IMG/VR virus record: IMGVR_UViG_3300025128_007994
Reading direction: 5' to 3' (one strand)
Source of the DNA: a virus
DNA: 64,000 nucleotides
In this document: positions 27,157-36,555 of the stretch, one piece after another
Position numbering within the stretch: position 1 is the stretch's first letter
How the letters are laid out: the number at the start of each line of letters is the position of its first letter
Position numbers and translations under genes: made by a program
The notes under the pieces: model-generated
Databases searched by the model: none
What the model was told of the DNA's origin: nothing
The model's input: only the letters and a program-made list of their open reading frames with translations

Positions 27157-28045
27157 TGTACTTTTGAATGAAACAATGTTTGTCATAGGTTCGGGCCCGA
27201 GCTTGAACGCTATCGATATCAAAAAATTAGAGGGTCTTCATACTATTTCCTTGAATCGGCAGTATATTGCCTATGAAGACTGGGGCTTTTGGCCAAAATA
27301 CCACGCTTGTATCGATATACGATTGATAAATACTATTTACGAATCAGATCTTCTTCCAATGATGTTAAGCCCGGAATGCGAAATTGAGAGATTTTTCATC
27401 TATGGCTGCAGCAATCTTGAAGTCCCGGAGGACGTCGCTGCACACTATAACATTCAAGCAGGGGCGCTTCCGGAAAAGCTCATATGGATACCGGCGGTTG
27501 GTAGTACATTCCGGACCCCCGCTCAGCGCACCAAGACTATTCCGAAGCTAGAAACATGCTATGTAGACCCAGAGCTAGCGCGGGAAAGACTGAGCACACA
27601 TCTTCGGGATCCAAATGATCCGTATTCATGCTTAGAGCACTTTGGTATCTCCGGAGCCTGGTCAGTAACATTAGCTCGCAGCTTGGGGTATAAAAGAGTT
27701 GTCGTCTTGGGCATCGATGCCAACTACGTTCCCCGTGTCGAATCAATTAGTGCTGGAAGAGACCTCAACCACTTTCACAAAAATTATTTTGATGTAGATA
27801 CTTTTGTATATCAAGTTAACTTCGGGCCGGCCACCGGCTACTTAGAACCATGGAAAATAATGGCCACCGGCACTGGCCTCAATGACCAGCCCGTTTCTTG
27901 CGGATCGCCAGATGCGGCCCATGTTTGCGCCGATGAGACCATTGAGGTAATTTCATCTTCGCCAGGCTCACCTATTAATGAGTGGTTTGAATATATTGAT
28001 TTTAATAAATTGTTGGAAAGCTATGAGGCAGAAGATGAATATTGA
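27146..28045 (+). CDS. DUF115/MAF_flag10-like protein (possible ulosonate transferase)
   Basis: FVIGSGPSLN, ISLNR, SGAWSVTLARSLGYKRVVVLGID and NHFHKNYF; start at ATG 27146. Confidence 0.6.
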   Translation: MKDNVLLNETMFVIGSGPSLNAIDIKKLEGLHTISLNRQYIAYEDWGFWPKYHACIDIRLINTIYESDLLPMMLSPECEIERFFIYGCSNLEVPEDVAAHYNIQAGALPEKLIWIPAVGSTFRTPAQRTKTIPKLETCYVDPELARERLSTHLRDPNDPYSCLEHFGISGAWSVTLARSLGYKRVVVLGIDANYVPRVESISAGRDLNHFHKNYFDVDTFVYQVNFGPATGYLEPWKIMATGTGLNDQPVSCGSPDAAHVCADETIEVISSSPGSPINEWFEYIDFNKLLESYEAEDEY

Positions 28046-28757
28046 TTTTGCAAACCAAAATGTGCTGGTAACTGGTGGTACCCGCGGAATAGGTAATCAA
28101 ATTGCAAACGATTTCGCCAATTTAGGTGCACACGTTTTGATTACTGGCACGAAAAAACCAAAACAAAAGATACACCAAAACATACAATTTGTTTCTGCGA
28201 ATTTTCTGGATAACACTTCAACCGAAAACTTTATTAAAGAGATCTCTGAACAAACATTTGATGTCTGCGTTAACAATGCTGGCATTAACAAGATTGATCC
28301 ACTCTGCGAGGTCAAAGAGCAAGACTGGAATGACGTAATGAAAGTCAACCTCACAGCACCATTTTTGATACAGCAGGCTGTATGCAAGAACATGCTCAAC
28401 CAGAGCTACGGAAAGATAGTCAATATCTCCTCTATATGGGGCACAGTCAGCATTCCGCACCGCGCCAGTTACTCTGCCAGCAAGTTCGGTCTACGAGGCC
28501 TCACGGCAGCCTCAGCGGCCGAACTGGCTCAACATAACATTTTGATCAACACTGTCTCGCCGGGGTTCACATTAACTGACCTGACCAAACAAATCTTGGG
28601 TGAACAGGGTATTGAAGACTTGACAAAACAGATTCCAATGCGACGAATGGCTGAGGTGGATGAAATATCGAGAGTTGTACTGTTCATGTGCAGCAAACTC
28701 AATACATATATTTCTGGCCAGAATATCATTGTAGACGGCGGATTTGTAAATGTGTGA
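28035..28757 (+). CDS. Classical SDR oxidoreductase (FabG-like)
   Basis: VLVTGGTRGIG, VNNAG, YSASK and NIIVDGG; start at ATG 28035. Confidence 0.92.
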   Translation: MNIDFANQNVLVTGGTRGIGNQIANDFANLGAHVLITGTKKPKQKIHQNIQFVSANFLDNTSTENFIKEISEQTFDVCVNNAGINKIDPLCEVKEQDWNDVMKVNLTAPFLIQQAVCKNMLNQSYGKIVNISSIWGTVSIPHRASYSASKFGLRGLTAASAAELAQHNILINTVSPGFTLTDLTKQILGEQGIEDLTKQIPMRRMAEVDEISRVVLFMCSKLNTYISGQNIIVDGGFVNV

Positions 28758-29811
28758 CATCGAAACTATTGAAATTAAATCTTATAGAAGAAAATATAAA
28801 GTTATGTTTCAACAACTGTCGGAGAGCCTAGTTGAGAATGTTAAGGAAAAGTCTTTTTTGATAATCGATTCAAACGTAGACAAATACTTTCCCCTGTTTC
28901 GTTCAAGATTTGATGAACACAACATATTTGTTGTCGAAGCAAATGAACAAAATAAGACCTTGCAAACCTGCACGGCCCTTGTCGAAAGACTTGTATCCCA
29001 GGGTTTTAAAAGAAATCATAAACTTATTGCTGTGGGCGGCGGTGTTGTCCAAGACATAACAGCGTTTACAGCATCAGTTCTATATCGTGGTGTTGAATGG
29101 AGATTCTTTCCCACGACTCTGTTGGCTCAAGCAGATAGCTGCATAGGCAGCAAGACATCCATCAACTTGGGCGAAACAAAGAACTTATTAGGCACGTTTT
29201 ATCCACCAGCGGAGATCTATTGTTGCCCTGAGTTTTTAGAAACGTTGCATGAGGACGACATCAAATCTGGCATCGGCGAGATATTCCATTATTATTTAAC
29301 AGCAGATAGCAACATGTCGAAAGAACTAGCAGAATCGTATGAATCGGTCATTAAACATCCGGCCCTCCGCTGCGCCAAGCACATTAGAGAAAGCCTCTCC
29401 ATTAAAAAGAGAATGATTGAAAAGGATGAGTTTGATGAAGGCGAGAGAAAGATATTCAATTACGGTCACACTTTTGGTCACGCTATAGAAGCGATTAGTA
29501 GATACGAAGTAAGTCATGGCAATGCTGTTACATTAGGAATGGATATTGCTAACTATATTTCGTTGAAAAAAGGACTTATAGAGCAGGCCACATACGAACA
29601 CCTGTTCGGGATGATTAAAAAAAATATACCAGACTATCGTTTAACCGAAGATAGGCTTCAAGACTATTTTACTTTTTTGTCAAAAGACAAGAAGAACATT
29701 GACAATTCTTTAGTTTGTATATTACCATATGGGATCGGAGACATGAGAACAACTGCAATAGATGATATTGACAGTGTAAAAGATATAATAAGAGAGTATT
29801 TTAACAAATGA
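28750..29811 (+). CDS. AroB-related sugar-phosphate cyclase (DHQ synthase superfamily)
   Basis: GGGVVQDITAF, PTTLLAQADSCIGSKTSIN, KNLLGTF, NYGHTFGHAIE, HGNAV and DKK. The QDIT/SCIGSKT variant differs from canonical GDxxGF/SSVGGKT. Confidence 0.85.
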   Translation: MCDIETIEIKSYRRKYKVMFQQLSESLVENVKEKSFLIIDSNVDKYFPLFRSRFDEHNIFVVEANEQNKTLQTCTALVERLVSQGFKRNHKLIAVGGGVVQDITAFTASVLYRGVEWRFFPTTLLAQADSCIGSKTSINLGETKNLLGTFYPPAEIYCCPEFLETLHEDDIKSGIGEIFHYYLTADSNMSKELAESYESVIKHPALRCAKHIRESLSIKKRMIEKDEFDEGERKIFNYGHTFGHAIEAISRYEVSHGNAVTLGMDIANYISLKKGLIEQATYEHLFGMIKKNIPDYRLTEDRLQDYFTFLSKDKKNIDNSLVCILPYGIGDMRTTAIDDIDSVKDIIREYFNK

Positions 29812-30974
29812 GAAGTATAGCCCGTAGTAGTAAATTTGATATTAAGGTTGATTTTTCAAAAAGTCACGAATCTTATCTATTTGATAAAAACACCGATAGG
29901 GAGCTTTTAGATTTTTTTGGCATGTATGCGTCATTGCCTCTTGGTTACAATCACCCGATTTTCAAGTCAGATGAATTTATAGAAGAATACTTACGTGTAG
30001 CCAGTTTTAAAATAAATAACTGTGAGTTCACCTCCGACGAAACGCTGGAGTTTGACAGGGACTTTAAGCGATACGCTGGGGTCGACATTTTTGAACATTT
30101 CCACTATTCTTGCACCGGTGCGCTAGCCGTTGAAGCGGCAATTAAAACATGCATAGATTATAAGCGCCACACAAGCCCATTGATCTTATCGTTCGATAAC
30201 AGTTTCCATGGAATCAATAGTTACGGAGGCTTTGTGACCTCTCGATTTCCTGGCGCCGATACGCGCTTGGATGGATATCCATCTGTCTTTTCTAAAAAGA
30301 TTCCCTGCAATCTAGAGAATGTTGAAGAAGAAATGCGCACTGGTAAAATAACTTGTGTATTAGTCGAACCAATTCAATGTAGCGCTGGAGATATCTATCA
30401 TGATAACCAATTCTTTAATGGTTTGCGTACTCTTTGCAATGTATATGACGTCCCACTAGTGTTTGATGAGATACAGATTGGTTTTGGTGGCACAGGCAAA
30501 GTGTGGTACTTCCAGCATCTTGATATAGTGCCTGACATCGTTATCTTTGGAAAGAAGACACAGTTGTCGGGAATCATGGCACAAGAAAAATACGGAGAAA
30601 TATTTAATCCAAAGAACAGTATCAGATTAGAGGTGACATGGGACGGCGATGTGGCCGATATGGTAAGGTGTAAATACATCATGAAGGCATATGAAAAAAA
30701 CAATATACTGGACAATGTCAACAAGCAGAGTAAGGCCATAATGGGCGGGTTGTCCGACATAGAGGAGATACTAAATTTGAGAAATTGTGGATTAATTATA
30801 GGATTTGATTTGCCAAACTCTCAAAAGCGTGATATAGTAGTAGACAAGTTGTATAAAAACGGCTTAATTTGCAACAAAACCGGTCAAAAATCTGTTAGAT
30901 TTAGACCAAATTTGAATGTAAATGAAAAAGAAATAGACCATGCGTTACAAATTATAAAGGAAACAATAAAGTAA
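29808..30974 (+). CDS. Class III PLP aminotransferase (lysine 6-aminotransferase-like)
   Basis: TGALAVEAAIK, SFHG, VEPIQ, VFDEIQIGFG, FGKKTQ (PLP Lys) and TWDG. Confidence 0.88.
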   Translation: MRSIARSSKFDIKVDFSKSHESYLFDKNTDRELLDFFGMYASLPLGYNHPIFKSDEFIEEYLRVASFKINNCEFTSDETLEFDRDFKRYAGVDIFEHFHYSCTGALAVEAAIKTCIDYKRHTSPLILSFDNSFHGINSYGGFVTSRFPGADTRLDGYPSVFSKKIPCNLENVEEEMRTGKITCVLVEPIQCSAGDIYHDNQFFNGLRTLCNVYDVPLVFDEIQIGFGGTGKVWYFQHLDIVPDIVIFGKKTQLSGIMAQEKYGEIFNPKNSIRLEVTWDGDVADMVRCKYIMKAYEKNNILDNVNKQSKAIMGGLSDIEEILNLRNCGLIIGFDLPNSQKRDIVVDKLYKNGLICNKTGQKSVRFRPNLNVNEKEIDHALQIIKETIK

Positions 30975-31583
30975 ATGTTAATTAATTTTGAGAATATTGA
31001 AGAAAAATGCCACACGGCAGCCTCATCGGCTGAGTATGCGATACTCGCCGAGAAAGTGAGCAAAGTAAAAAAGATCTTTTTGATTGGAAATGGTGGCTTG
31101 CACTACGTAGCGAGCCATATGGCGACCGATTTATCGCGACTGATACCGGATAAGGCTGTATATTCATTTGATAGTGTCGGGTTTATCACATCCAACGCCA
31201 ACGATCATGGGTATGACAAGATCTTTATTAGATGGCTAGAAACTATTGCCAATGGTGTTGAAAGACCGGAGGAGTGCTTAATTATAGGACTCTCTTGTTC
31301 GGGCAATTCGGGCAATGTTATCGATGCCCTACATTGGGCTGACGATACTGGCTATGAGACATTTATGGTTAGCGGTCAAACGTCTGATGTTTTGCGCAAA
31401 GGCGTGGATGAATTATCCCTTGATTGTGAATTTTTCCACACTGTCGAAGTAATGTGTCTAATGATATTCTATGATCTTATTCACCGTACAGGCAATCACT
31501 GTCCGTCTATTCGACAAGAAAAAGACAGACTGACAGACTCCCCTCTTCGCAAATCGAAGGAGGAAAATTGGGAACCCCTATAG
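30975..31583 (+). CDS. SIS-domain sugar-phosphate isomerase (divergent GmhA-like)
   Basis: IFLIGNGG, ASHMATD, ANDHGYDKIF and LSCSGNSGNVIDA. Confidence 0.8.
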   Translation: MLINFENIEEKCHTAASSAEYAILAEKVSKVKKIFLIGNGGLHYVASHMATDLSRLIPDKAVYSFDSVGFITSNANDHGYDKIFIRWLETIANGVERPEECLIIGLSCSGNSGNVIDALHWADDTGYETFMVSGQTSDVLRKGVDELSLDCEFFHTVEVMCLMIFYDLIHRTGNHCPSIRQEKDRLTDSPLRKSKEENWEPL

Positions 31584-32683
31584 ACAAGATTTGCTGTGTT
31601 ATATACCATACAGGAGAGATGTATAAGAAAATAGCATCCAATGCAGTCAACAGCTTTAAGAAATATCACCCAGATATACAACTATTTGAGGTGACAGATG
31701 ACAACATTAGTGATTACCATTTTTCTAAAAACATAAACTTTTCTATTGATGGCATCGAAACCGAAATAGATATCGGCGCAAGAAAATTTTTCATCGCCGC
31801 TGAACTAATGAAGCTTCGCGGTTACAAGAAAGTTATCTGTTTAGGTGCTGACACCATAACGACCGCAAGACTCACGGAGTTTATAGAAACACCCGCGGGA
31901 ATAGCTGTTACCAGTGACTATCCTGACGCAAATGCTTTTCCTTGGGAACACAACGGAAACATGGTTTTGGGGCAGCCGGCTTGTATTAATAAAGATCCAA
32001 ATGCTGCAGGGACCCCAATAGCAGATTTTCATAAAATATACGAAGAGTCTTACAAGAACAATACCTTAGTCGCAGATGTCGCCTATGTTAATGCAGACGT
32101 TGTCTGTTTCAACTCACAAGAAATATTAGAGGAAGTATGTAAAATATGGTATAAATATCGGGCCATAACATTGATCCCAAAATATAGATTCCGACTGGCA
32201 CATGAAGTTGGTGCGTACGACCTTGATATGCCCCAATCAGAGATAAATCTTATTAGAAGTAAGCTGTCAGAAATCAAATCACCGAATGCTTGGGATCCGA
32301 CATCCCAGACTGCGATGGTGACTCGGTACCATTATCTTTCGGAACAAGCCGCGTTAAACATCTTCGTTGCACCACACACGCAGCAGCCCGGGGTCATTCA
32401 ATTTGTTGACCTGCCTGTTCTTAAAAAAGGAGTTTGTTATAATGTTCGTAGCAAGGGCACCGTAAGTCACTCTAACAAGAATTTAAAAGATTTTTATGTT
32501 AAAGATGGTCATCTATTTAATCACACCCACAATCAAATAAAGGTTTGGCATTACTGTGCGTCTCTATCTTCGAGTCCCAAGGGATTTGAGGGCACCCTAA
32601 AAGAGATAAATGATTCTTTTAGCGATGAGGTAAAACAATATTTTGCTAATGAATGCAACTGTGAGAATTACTTTAATGTATAA
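31568..32683 (+). CDS. Glycosyltransferase-like protein (GT8-like, GT-A)
   Basis: VICLGADTI (DxD-like), YVNADVV, SEQAALN and KVWHY; TTG start after GGAGG. Confidence 0.55.
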   Translation: MGTPIDKICCVIYHTGEMYKKIASNAVNSFKKYHPDIQLFEVTDDNISDYHFSKNINFSIDGIETEIDIGARKFFIAAELMKLRGYKKVICLGADTITTARLTEFIETPAGIAVTSDYPDANAFPWEHNGNMVLGQPACINKDPNAAGTPIADFHKIYEESYKNNTLVADVAYVNADVVCFNSQEILEEVCKIWYKYRAITLIPKYRFRLAHEVGAYDLDMPQSEINLIRSKLSEIKSPNAWDPTSQTAMVTRYHYLSEQAALNIFVAPHTQQPGVIQFVDLPVLKKGVCYNVRSKGTVSHSNKNLKDFYVKDGHLFNHTHNQIKVWHYCASLSSSPKGFEGTLKEINDSFSDEVKQYFANECNCENYFNV

Positions 32684-33584
32684 CAACGTGCTAGTAACTG
32701 GCGGATCGGGATTCTTGGGAAAAAGGTTATCTATAGTCAGACCACAATGGACATACCTGTCATCGAAAGACTGCGATCTCACCAGTACAACCCAAGTTAA
32801 AGAACTATATGGGGATCTTAAACCAGACGCAGTTCTTCATCTCGCTGCCCGCGTCGGTGGAATAAAAGATAATATTAAAAACCAGGCTGAGTTTTTCTAT
32901 AATAATACGATGATGAACACAAACATAATCAATGAAGCTTATGAAGCAGGCATTGAGCGTGTTCTCTCATCCTTGAGCACTTGCGCCTTCCCAGAAGATA
33001 TAGCAGCCTTCCCATTTACTGAGAGAGACTTTTTTAATGGACCGCCGACCGAGACAAACTTTTCATATGGAATGACAAAAAGAATGCTCCAGGTTGGTAG
33101 TCGGGCGTATAGAAATCAGTGTGGAATGAACTATTCTACATTCTGTCCGTCTAATCTTTATGGGCCAGACGATCATTTTGGAAAGGAATCGTCACACTTT
33201 GTAGCAGCCTTGATTCACAAGGTATACACAGCCACAGAGGGCTCTGAAATAGATTTGTGGGGCACCGGCCTACCGATGAGGCAACAACTGTATGTGGACG
33301 ATTTATGTGCCATTCTGCCTGTACTCCTAGAGGTACACAATACAGAAGTCCCACTGATTGTAGCACCGAAAGAAAACTTATCCATATTAGAGATGGCTAG
33401 AACTTTGGTTGAACAAGCCGGCAAAAATGTGAGATTATCTTTTAATGGAAACATGGACGGCCAATTTCGAAAAGATGGGAACAACGAAGAACTGATGAAA
33501 CTAATCGGCTCTTTCAATTTTACAACTTTTAAGGAAGGTGTGACCAAAACTTATAAATGGTATTCGGAGAATCAAAATGAGTAA
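32676..33584 (+). CDS. fcl: GDP-L-fucose synthase-like (GDP-4-keto-6-deoxymannose epimerase/reductase)
   Basis: [44 protein letters not shown] and RQQLYVDD. Confidence 0.88.
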   Translation: MYNNVLVTGGSGFLGKRLSIVRPQWTYLSSKDCDLTSTTQVKELYGDLKPDAVLHLAARVGGIKDNIKNQAEFFYNNTMMNTNIINEAYEAGIERVLSSLSTCAFPEDIAAFPFTERDFFNGPPTETNFSYGMTKRMLQVGSRAYRNQCGMNYSTFCPSNLYGPDDHFGKESSHFVAALIHKVYTATEGSEIDLWGTGLPMRQQLYVDDLCAILPVLLEVHNTEVPLIVAPKENLSILEMARTLVEQAGKNVRLSFNGNMDGQFRKDGNNEELMKLIGSFNFTTFKEGVTKTYKWYSENQNE

Positions 33585-34569
33585 CAAACAAAAAACAGCT
33601 TTAGTAACAGGTGTAACGGGTCAAGATGGTTCTTATCTCGTAGATCTGTTATTGGAAAAAGGATATAACGTGGTGGGAGTAAAGAGAAGAACTTCCCTCA
33701 TTAGCACCGACCGCATCGATCACATTTTTAATGATGTAGATAAGATACAGAACTTCACGCTAGCATACGGAAACATGATCGATGCCGGCAATATGTATCG
33801 ATTACTAAATCAGTACAAGCCAGATGAGATTTATAATCTTGCAGCCCAGTCACACGTCAGGGTTTCCTTTGACACACCGGAAGAAACATCAGATATCGTT
33901 GCCATGGGTACCTTGCGTTTGCTTGAGGCCGTGCGCTCTGTCTGTCCGGAATCTAGATTTTATCAAGCCTCATCGTCTGAGATGTTTGGAGACAATCCCG
34001 AAAATCCACAAAGCGAGACAACACGATTGATGCCGGCAAGCCCCTACGCTTGCGCAAAAGTGTTCGCACACAACTTGTGTCGCAATTATCGCGAGAGTTA
34101 TGGCATGCACATTTCCAGCGGCATTTTGTTCAATCATGAATCTCCCAGAAGAGGAGAGACCTTTGTTACACGTAAGATAACAAAGGCTGCAGCAAACATT
34201 AGGCTTGGCCGCCAAGACAAGCTTTACCTAGGAAATTTAGATGCTAAGCGCGATTGGGGGTTTGCTGGAGACTACGTGGACGCCATGTGGCGTATGACAC
34301 AACAAGATACCCCTGATGACTATGTTGTGGCAACAGGCGAGACACACACTGTAAAAGAGTTTTTACATGAGGTGTTTGATTACGCCGGCCTCAATGTGGA
34401 TGAACACGTGGAAATAGACACAAGACTATACCGACCACATGAAGTGCCATTGTTATTGGGTGATCCATCTAAGGCGAAAGAAAAGCTGGACTGGGAACCA
34501 ACAATCAGATTTAAAGGCCTCGCAAGAATGATGTACGACGCCGATCTCAAGAGCCTCGCTAAATCATAA
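33577..34569 (+). CDS. gmd: GDP-mannose 4,6-dehydratase
   Basis: [51 protein letters not shown] and RDWG. Confidence 0.97.
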   Translation: MSNKQKTALVTGVTGQDGSYLVDLLLEKGYNVVGVKRRTSLISTDRIDHIFNDVDKIQNFTLAYGNMIDAGNMYRLLNQYKPDEIYNLAAQSHVRVSFDTPEETSDIVAMGTLRLLEAVRSVCPESRFYQASSSEMFGDNPENPQSETTRLMPASPYACAKVFAHNLCRNYRESYGMHISSGILFNHESPRRGETFVTRKITKAAANIRLGRQDKLYLGNLDAKRDWGFAGDYVDAMWRMTQQDTPDDYVVATGETHTVKEFLHEVFDYAGLNVDEHVEIDTRLYRPHEVPLLLGDPSKAKEKLDWEPTIRFKGLARMMYDADLKSLAKS

Positions 34570-34570
34570 T

Positions 34571-34798
34571 ATGCGTATTGGCTCACTTATACAATGGCAA
34601 GAGCCCTACAACGATGATCCGAGCCTTATTAAAGACGCCGGCCTGGGTATAGTTATGAAGATAAAAGAACACGTATACAGCCCAGGAAGCTCAACAGGCT
34701 TCTGTGAGGAGCTAAAATATACTGTTTTTGACGTATACAGAAACAAATTTAATGATATAATAACATTAAGCGAAGATTATATATCGCTAAAGGAATAA
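34571..34798 (+). CDS. Hypothetical protein
   Basis: 75-aa ORF directly after gmd. Confidence 0.5.
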   Translation: MRIGSLIQWQEPYNDDPSLIKDAGLGIVMKIKEHVYSPGSSTGFCEELKYTVFDVYRNKFNDIITLSEDYISLKE

Positions 34799-34800
34799 AA

Positions 34801-35007
34801 ATGCAATTATCAAACCAAGCACTCGGTGCTATCATGATGGCTCTTCAAGAATCGCTACTTAATGAATTGGACATTGTCCCGATTTTAAGTGGCTTTAAGC
34901 TTTTTGAAACCGATGAGGGACTCATTGTTGAAAACCCGCCTACGGTGCGTGTCTCTGACAATGCAGAAATCTCCAACCAAGATTTAGAAGAAATGGCGAA
35001 GCGATAG
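34801..35007 (+). CDS. Hypothetical protein
   Basis: 68-aa ORF with AAGGA SD. Confidence 0.6.
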   Translation: MQLSNQALGAIMMALQESLLNELDIVPILSGFKLFETDEGLIVENPPTVRVSDNAEISNQDLEEMAKR

Positions 35008-35273
35008 TGCCGATATTCAAGTATAACTGCGGGAACTGTAATGAGACAGTCACAGTTATGCATGCTTCGGGCGCCTATATCACCGATTGTGACAAGTGTG
35101 AAACAGAAAATAGTCTGACTAGATTACTGAACAAGCCTTTCATCAACAAGAAAGTGAAAAATAATGACACCGAAAATACCGGTGAACTTACAAAAAAGTA
35201 TATTGAAGATAATAGAGATATTTTGGAACAACAAAAGAAAGAAATAAAGAATAGAACGTATGACAAGTCTTGA
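35007..35273 (+). CDS. FmdB-like zinc-ribbon protein
   Basis: MPIFKYNCGNC...CDKC; GTG start overlapping the previous stop. Confidence 0.7.
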   Translation: MPIFKYNCGNCNETVTVMHASGAYITDCDKCETENSLTRLLNKPFINKKVKNNDTENTGELTKKYIEDNRDILEQQKKEIKNRTYDKS

Positions 35274-35592
35274 AGTAACATTATCTATTATACTTTTTAT
35301 ATCGTTGGTGTTTAGCACCGGCGTAGTATTATATGCGAGAGCGGCCATTGTCAAGCTTCTAAGCATCTCTGAGGAGATGCATGATCTTAAAGAAATGGTT
35401 GATGCTCTTGCTGCACACCTTGAAGGTGTATATGAGCTTGAAATGTTCTATGGTGACGAAACTCTCGGTGCCCTAATGGAACATGCAAGGTCCTTCAATA
35501 AACAGTTGGAGACCTTCGAATATATTTATGGACTAATAGAAGAAGATGCAGAAGATACAGAAACCCCCGCCGACGAAGAAGAAACGTCGTAA
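35260..35592 (+). CDS. Membrane-anchored hypothetical protein
   Basis: N-terminal TM helix (IILFISLVFSTGVVLY), coiled-coil region and acidic tail. Confidence 0.6.
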   Translation: MTSLEVTLSIILFISLVFSTGVVLYARAAIVKLLSISEEMHDLKEMVDALAAHLEGVYELEMFYGDETLGALMEHARSFNKQLETFEYIYGLIEEDAEDTETPADEEETS

Positions 35593-36259
35593 GAAGAATC
35601 ACTACTTTACAAAAGATCATGAGAATGCCATTATTAGGTATTCTAATACTGAATGTATAAGAGAGCGAACAGATTTATATGTCAATTGGATTGGCCCAGC
35701 TTTTAACGAAATGGTTGATAAGATTGTCTTTACTTATAAATTTACAAATTTGCCAAACATCGACTCGCTAAGAGACGAGTGTAAAATTTGGCTGATGACA
35801 ATATTGGACAAGTACGATCCCTCTAAGGGGTCGAAAGCTTTTTCTTACTTTTCAGTTATAACTAAAAACTGGTTTATTCACAAAGTAAAGAAGCAACAGC
35901 GCAAGAATAAAACAGAGGTAAACTTTGACAATCTTGCCAAGAATTATGAAGAGCAATATCTGTCAACAAATGAATCTTATGTAACCGAACGGGAAGAAAA
36001 CGAGTTTTGGAATCATTTTTATAAAGAACTAAAATCGTGGGACGCTTCTCAGATGAAAGAAAATGATTTGAAAGTGTATCAGGCGATAGTCGTTCTTTTC
36101 GATTCAAAAGAAGATATACAAATTTTTAATAAAAAAGCTATTTATCTGTACCTGCGTGAAATCACTGGCTTAAACACTAAGCAAATAGTGAATTCACTAA
36201 AGAAGTTTAAGAAAAAGTATTACTTCTTTACACAGAACTGGAACAATGGTGCATTATGA
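35546..36259 (+). CDS. Phage RNA polymerase sigma factor-like protein (T4 gp55-like, region 2)
   Basis: NHYFT N-terminus and LDKYDPSKGSKAFSYFSVITKNWFI, resembling the sigma region 2.3/2.4 motif FDPxKxxxxFxYF. Confidence 0.65.
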   Translation: MQKIQKPPPTKKKRRKKNHYFTKDHENAIIRYSNTECIRERTDLYVNWIGPAFNEMVDKIVFTYKFTNLPNIDSLRDECKIWLMTILDKYDPSKGSKAFSYFSVITKNWFIHKVKKQQRKNKTEVNFDNLAKNYEEQYLSTNESYVTEREENEFWNHFYKELKSWDASQMKENDLKVYQAIVVLFDSKEDIQIFNKKAIYLYLREITGLNTKQIVNSLKKFKKKYYFFTQNWNNGAL

Positions 36260-36555
36260 AAAACAACGACATAGATTCATTAGTAAATGAAGCGTTAGGT
36301 AACATAAGAGACGATCGCAAAGCTGCCCGCGAATTTTTAAATGAGATCGCGAATAAAATTGTGACTGAGCCAGATCAGAATAAATACCTAAGCCCAGTAG
36401 CAGCAAAGCATATAGAGACGATGCAGCGGTCAAACGAGCAGCTTGTTAAAATTATTTCTATTCAAAAGAAAGATCAAGTGGCATCGTTTGAACTGTCCGA
36501 TGAAGACAAAGACAGCATATTCAATTTGATTCAGGGTGAACCTGCAGATGTCTAA
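36256..36555 (+). CDS. Hypothetical helical protein
   Basis: 99-aa ORF, ATGA-coupled to the sigma-like gene. Confidence 0.6.
   Translation: MKNNDIDSLVNEALGNIRDDRKAAREFLNEIANKIVTEPDQNKYLSPVAAKHIETMQRSNEQLVKIISIQKKDQVASFELSDEDKDSIFNLIQGEPADV

Noticed and set aside
28750-29811. Calling this housekeeping aroB of the shikimate pathway
   Set aside because: No other aro genes are present, the motif variants differ from canonical AroB, and the context is a sugar cluster.
34728-34761. TTGACG...TATAAT promoter-like pair
   Set aside because: The spacer is 22 nt and it lies inside a CDS; at most an extended -10 element, so it was not called.
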